From an uncultured Candidatus Rokubacteria bacterium (GTDB lineage: Bacteria > Methylomirabilota > Methylomirabilia > Rokubacteriales > CSP1-6), in NCBI GenBank assembly GCA_963789955.1, contig CAWBMV010000030.1:44412-108411 (forward strand): 64,000 nt of DNA, read 5' to 3'. The translations under genes were made by a program, and so were the position numbers. Under the pieces are notes generated by a model. That model was not told where the DNA came from. It saw only the letters and a list, made by a program, of their open reading frames with translations, and searched no databases. Shown here in pieces: positions 63,246 to 64,000 of this stretch; position 1 is the stretch's first letter; each line of letters begins with the position of its first letter.

Positions 63246-63329
63246 ATCGCTGCTTTCTACTCCACACCGCCGGCGTATCTGTCCGGCGACATTGCTCGCG
63301 CCCGGAGTGCTTTGCTATCGTCGGAGGCC

Positions 63330-63554
63330 ATGGACCCCCACGAGCGCGCGACGAGCGTGTGGTACCGCGTGGCCGGGCTGCTGCGTCGGAAAGAGCTCGC
63401 GATCGAGATCGTTGAGGCCGAGATCCGCTCGGCGCCGTACGAGATATTGCTCGAGGCCGCGAAGCTGGTGTTGAGCGGCGAGCCGATCGAAATCGCGAGA
63501 CAGCTCCGTGACCGCGCGGAACGGACGATCAGACCGAAACCGGACCGGCATTGA
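63330..63554 (+). CDS. Small hypothetical protein
   Basis: MDPHERATSVWYRVAG...; GGAGG before the ATG and TTGCTC-N18-TATCGT promoter-like boxes. Confidence 0.5.
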   Translation: MDPHERATSVWYRVAGLLRRKELAIEIVEAEIRSAPYEILLEAAKLVLSGEPIEIARQLRDRAERTIRPKPDRH

Positions 63555-63590
63555 ACCGGCGTGCGGCAAAGCCAGTCGCGGTGCGCTGCC

Positions 63591-63917
63591 ATGCCTGACG
63601 AGCCACTCGGCGAGAAAGTCCGCGCAGCAATCAGTAGCGGCAGGCTGCCATCGACCAACCCGAGCCGCATGTTCAACGGCCCAGGCGCAGGAGCGAGGTG
63701 CGCGGTATGCGGCGATCCGGTGCAGCCTAGTGAAATGGAGTTCGAGCTCGAATTCCAACGTGTCCCTGTGTTCAAGGGGAAGTCACTCATAGATAGACTC
63801 AAGCGACTCAACGCGAAGCCGGAGATCCGCCGCTACCACCTGCACCAGCGTTGCTTCACGGTTTGGGAGTTCGAGCGCATCAAGGCAGGAGAGCCCGAGC
63901 GCCGCCCGTGGACCTAG
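63591..63917 (+). CDS. Small putative Zn-binding protein (CxxC...HxxC)
   Basis: GPGAGARCAVCGDP...HLHQRCFTVWE. Confidence 0.6.
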   Translation: MPDEPLGEKVRAAISSGRLPSTNPSRMFNGPGAGARCAVCGDPVQPSEMEFELEFQRVPVFKGKSLIDRLKRLNAKPEIRRYHLHQRCFTVWEFERIKAGEPERRPWT

Positions 63918-64000
63918 CACTCGCCTCGTCCCGACAACGATGGAGCCGTTGGCGAAGTCGGTCAGGATCAGAGCGCCAGCGCCGCTGCAGCATAGCGGCT

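Larger units (their letters stand above)
59496..64000. mobile_element. One end of an integrative element/genomic island at the tRNA-Arg(CCT) 3' end (extends beyond the window)
   Basis: Integrase abuts the tRNA, strand switches, AT-richer ORFans follow; partner att site not seen in the window. Confidence 0.75.

Overview
High-GC bacterial chromosomal window. The gene order and small-protein families suggest Candidatus Rokubacteria/Methylomirabilota (inference only). About 57 kb is co-directional housekeeping DNA on the + strand: lnt, prfB (programmed +1 frameshift), lysS, lolC/E-lolD, clpC, bamA-skp-lpxD-lpxA, a lipid A/LPS core cluster (GnnA-like, lpxI, lpxB, waaA, lpxK, waaF/waaC, four GT4s, gmhB, split hldE), trpS-scpAB-rluB, pheA-hisC-tyrA-cmk-plsC-rpsA-sppA, ihfB, HIT, mutS-mutL-miaA-hflX, pgsA, der, a SPOR protein, and ihfA-merR-tRNA-Pro-surE-pcm-tRNA-Pro-acyP-nlpD-rpoS. 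About 15 genes/sites carry a single extra base, most likely insertion-biased sequencing error. The last ~4.5 kb is the edge of an integrative element at tRNA-Arg(CCT). Its large serine recombinase ORF ends inside the tRNA gene, next to a HEPN-like RxxxxH protein and small/membrane ORFs. The non-coding highlights are a 35-bp element found twice at a fixed distance from start codons, a ~160-bp rod-like palindrome between mutL and miaA, and several apparently leaderless promoters.
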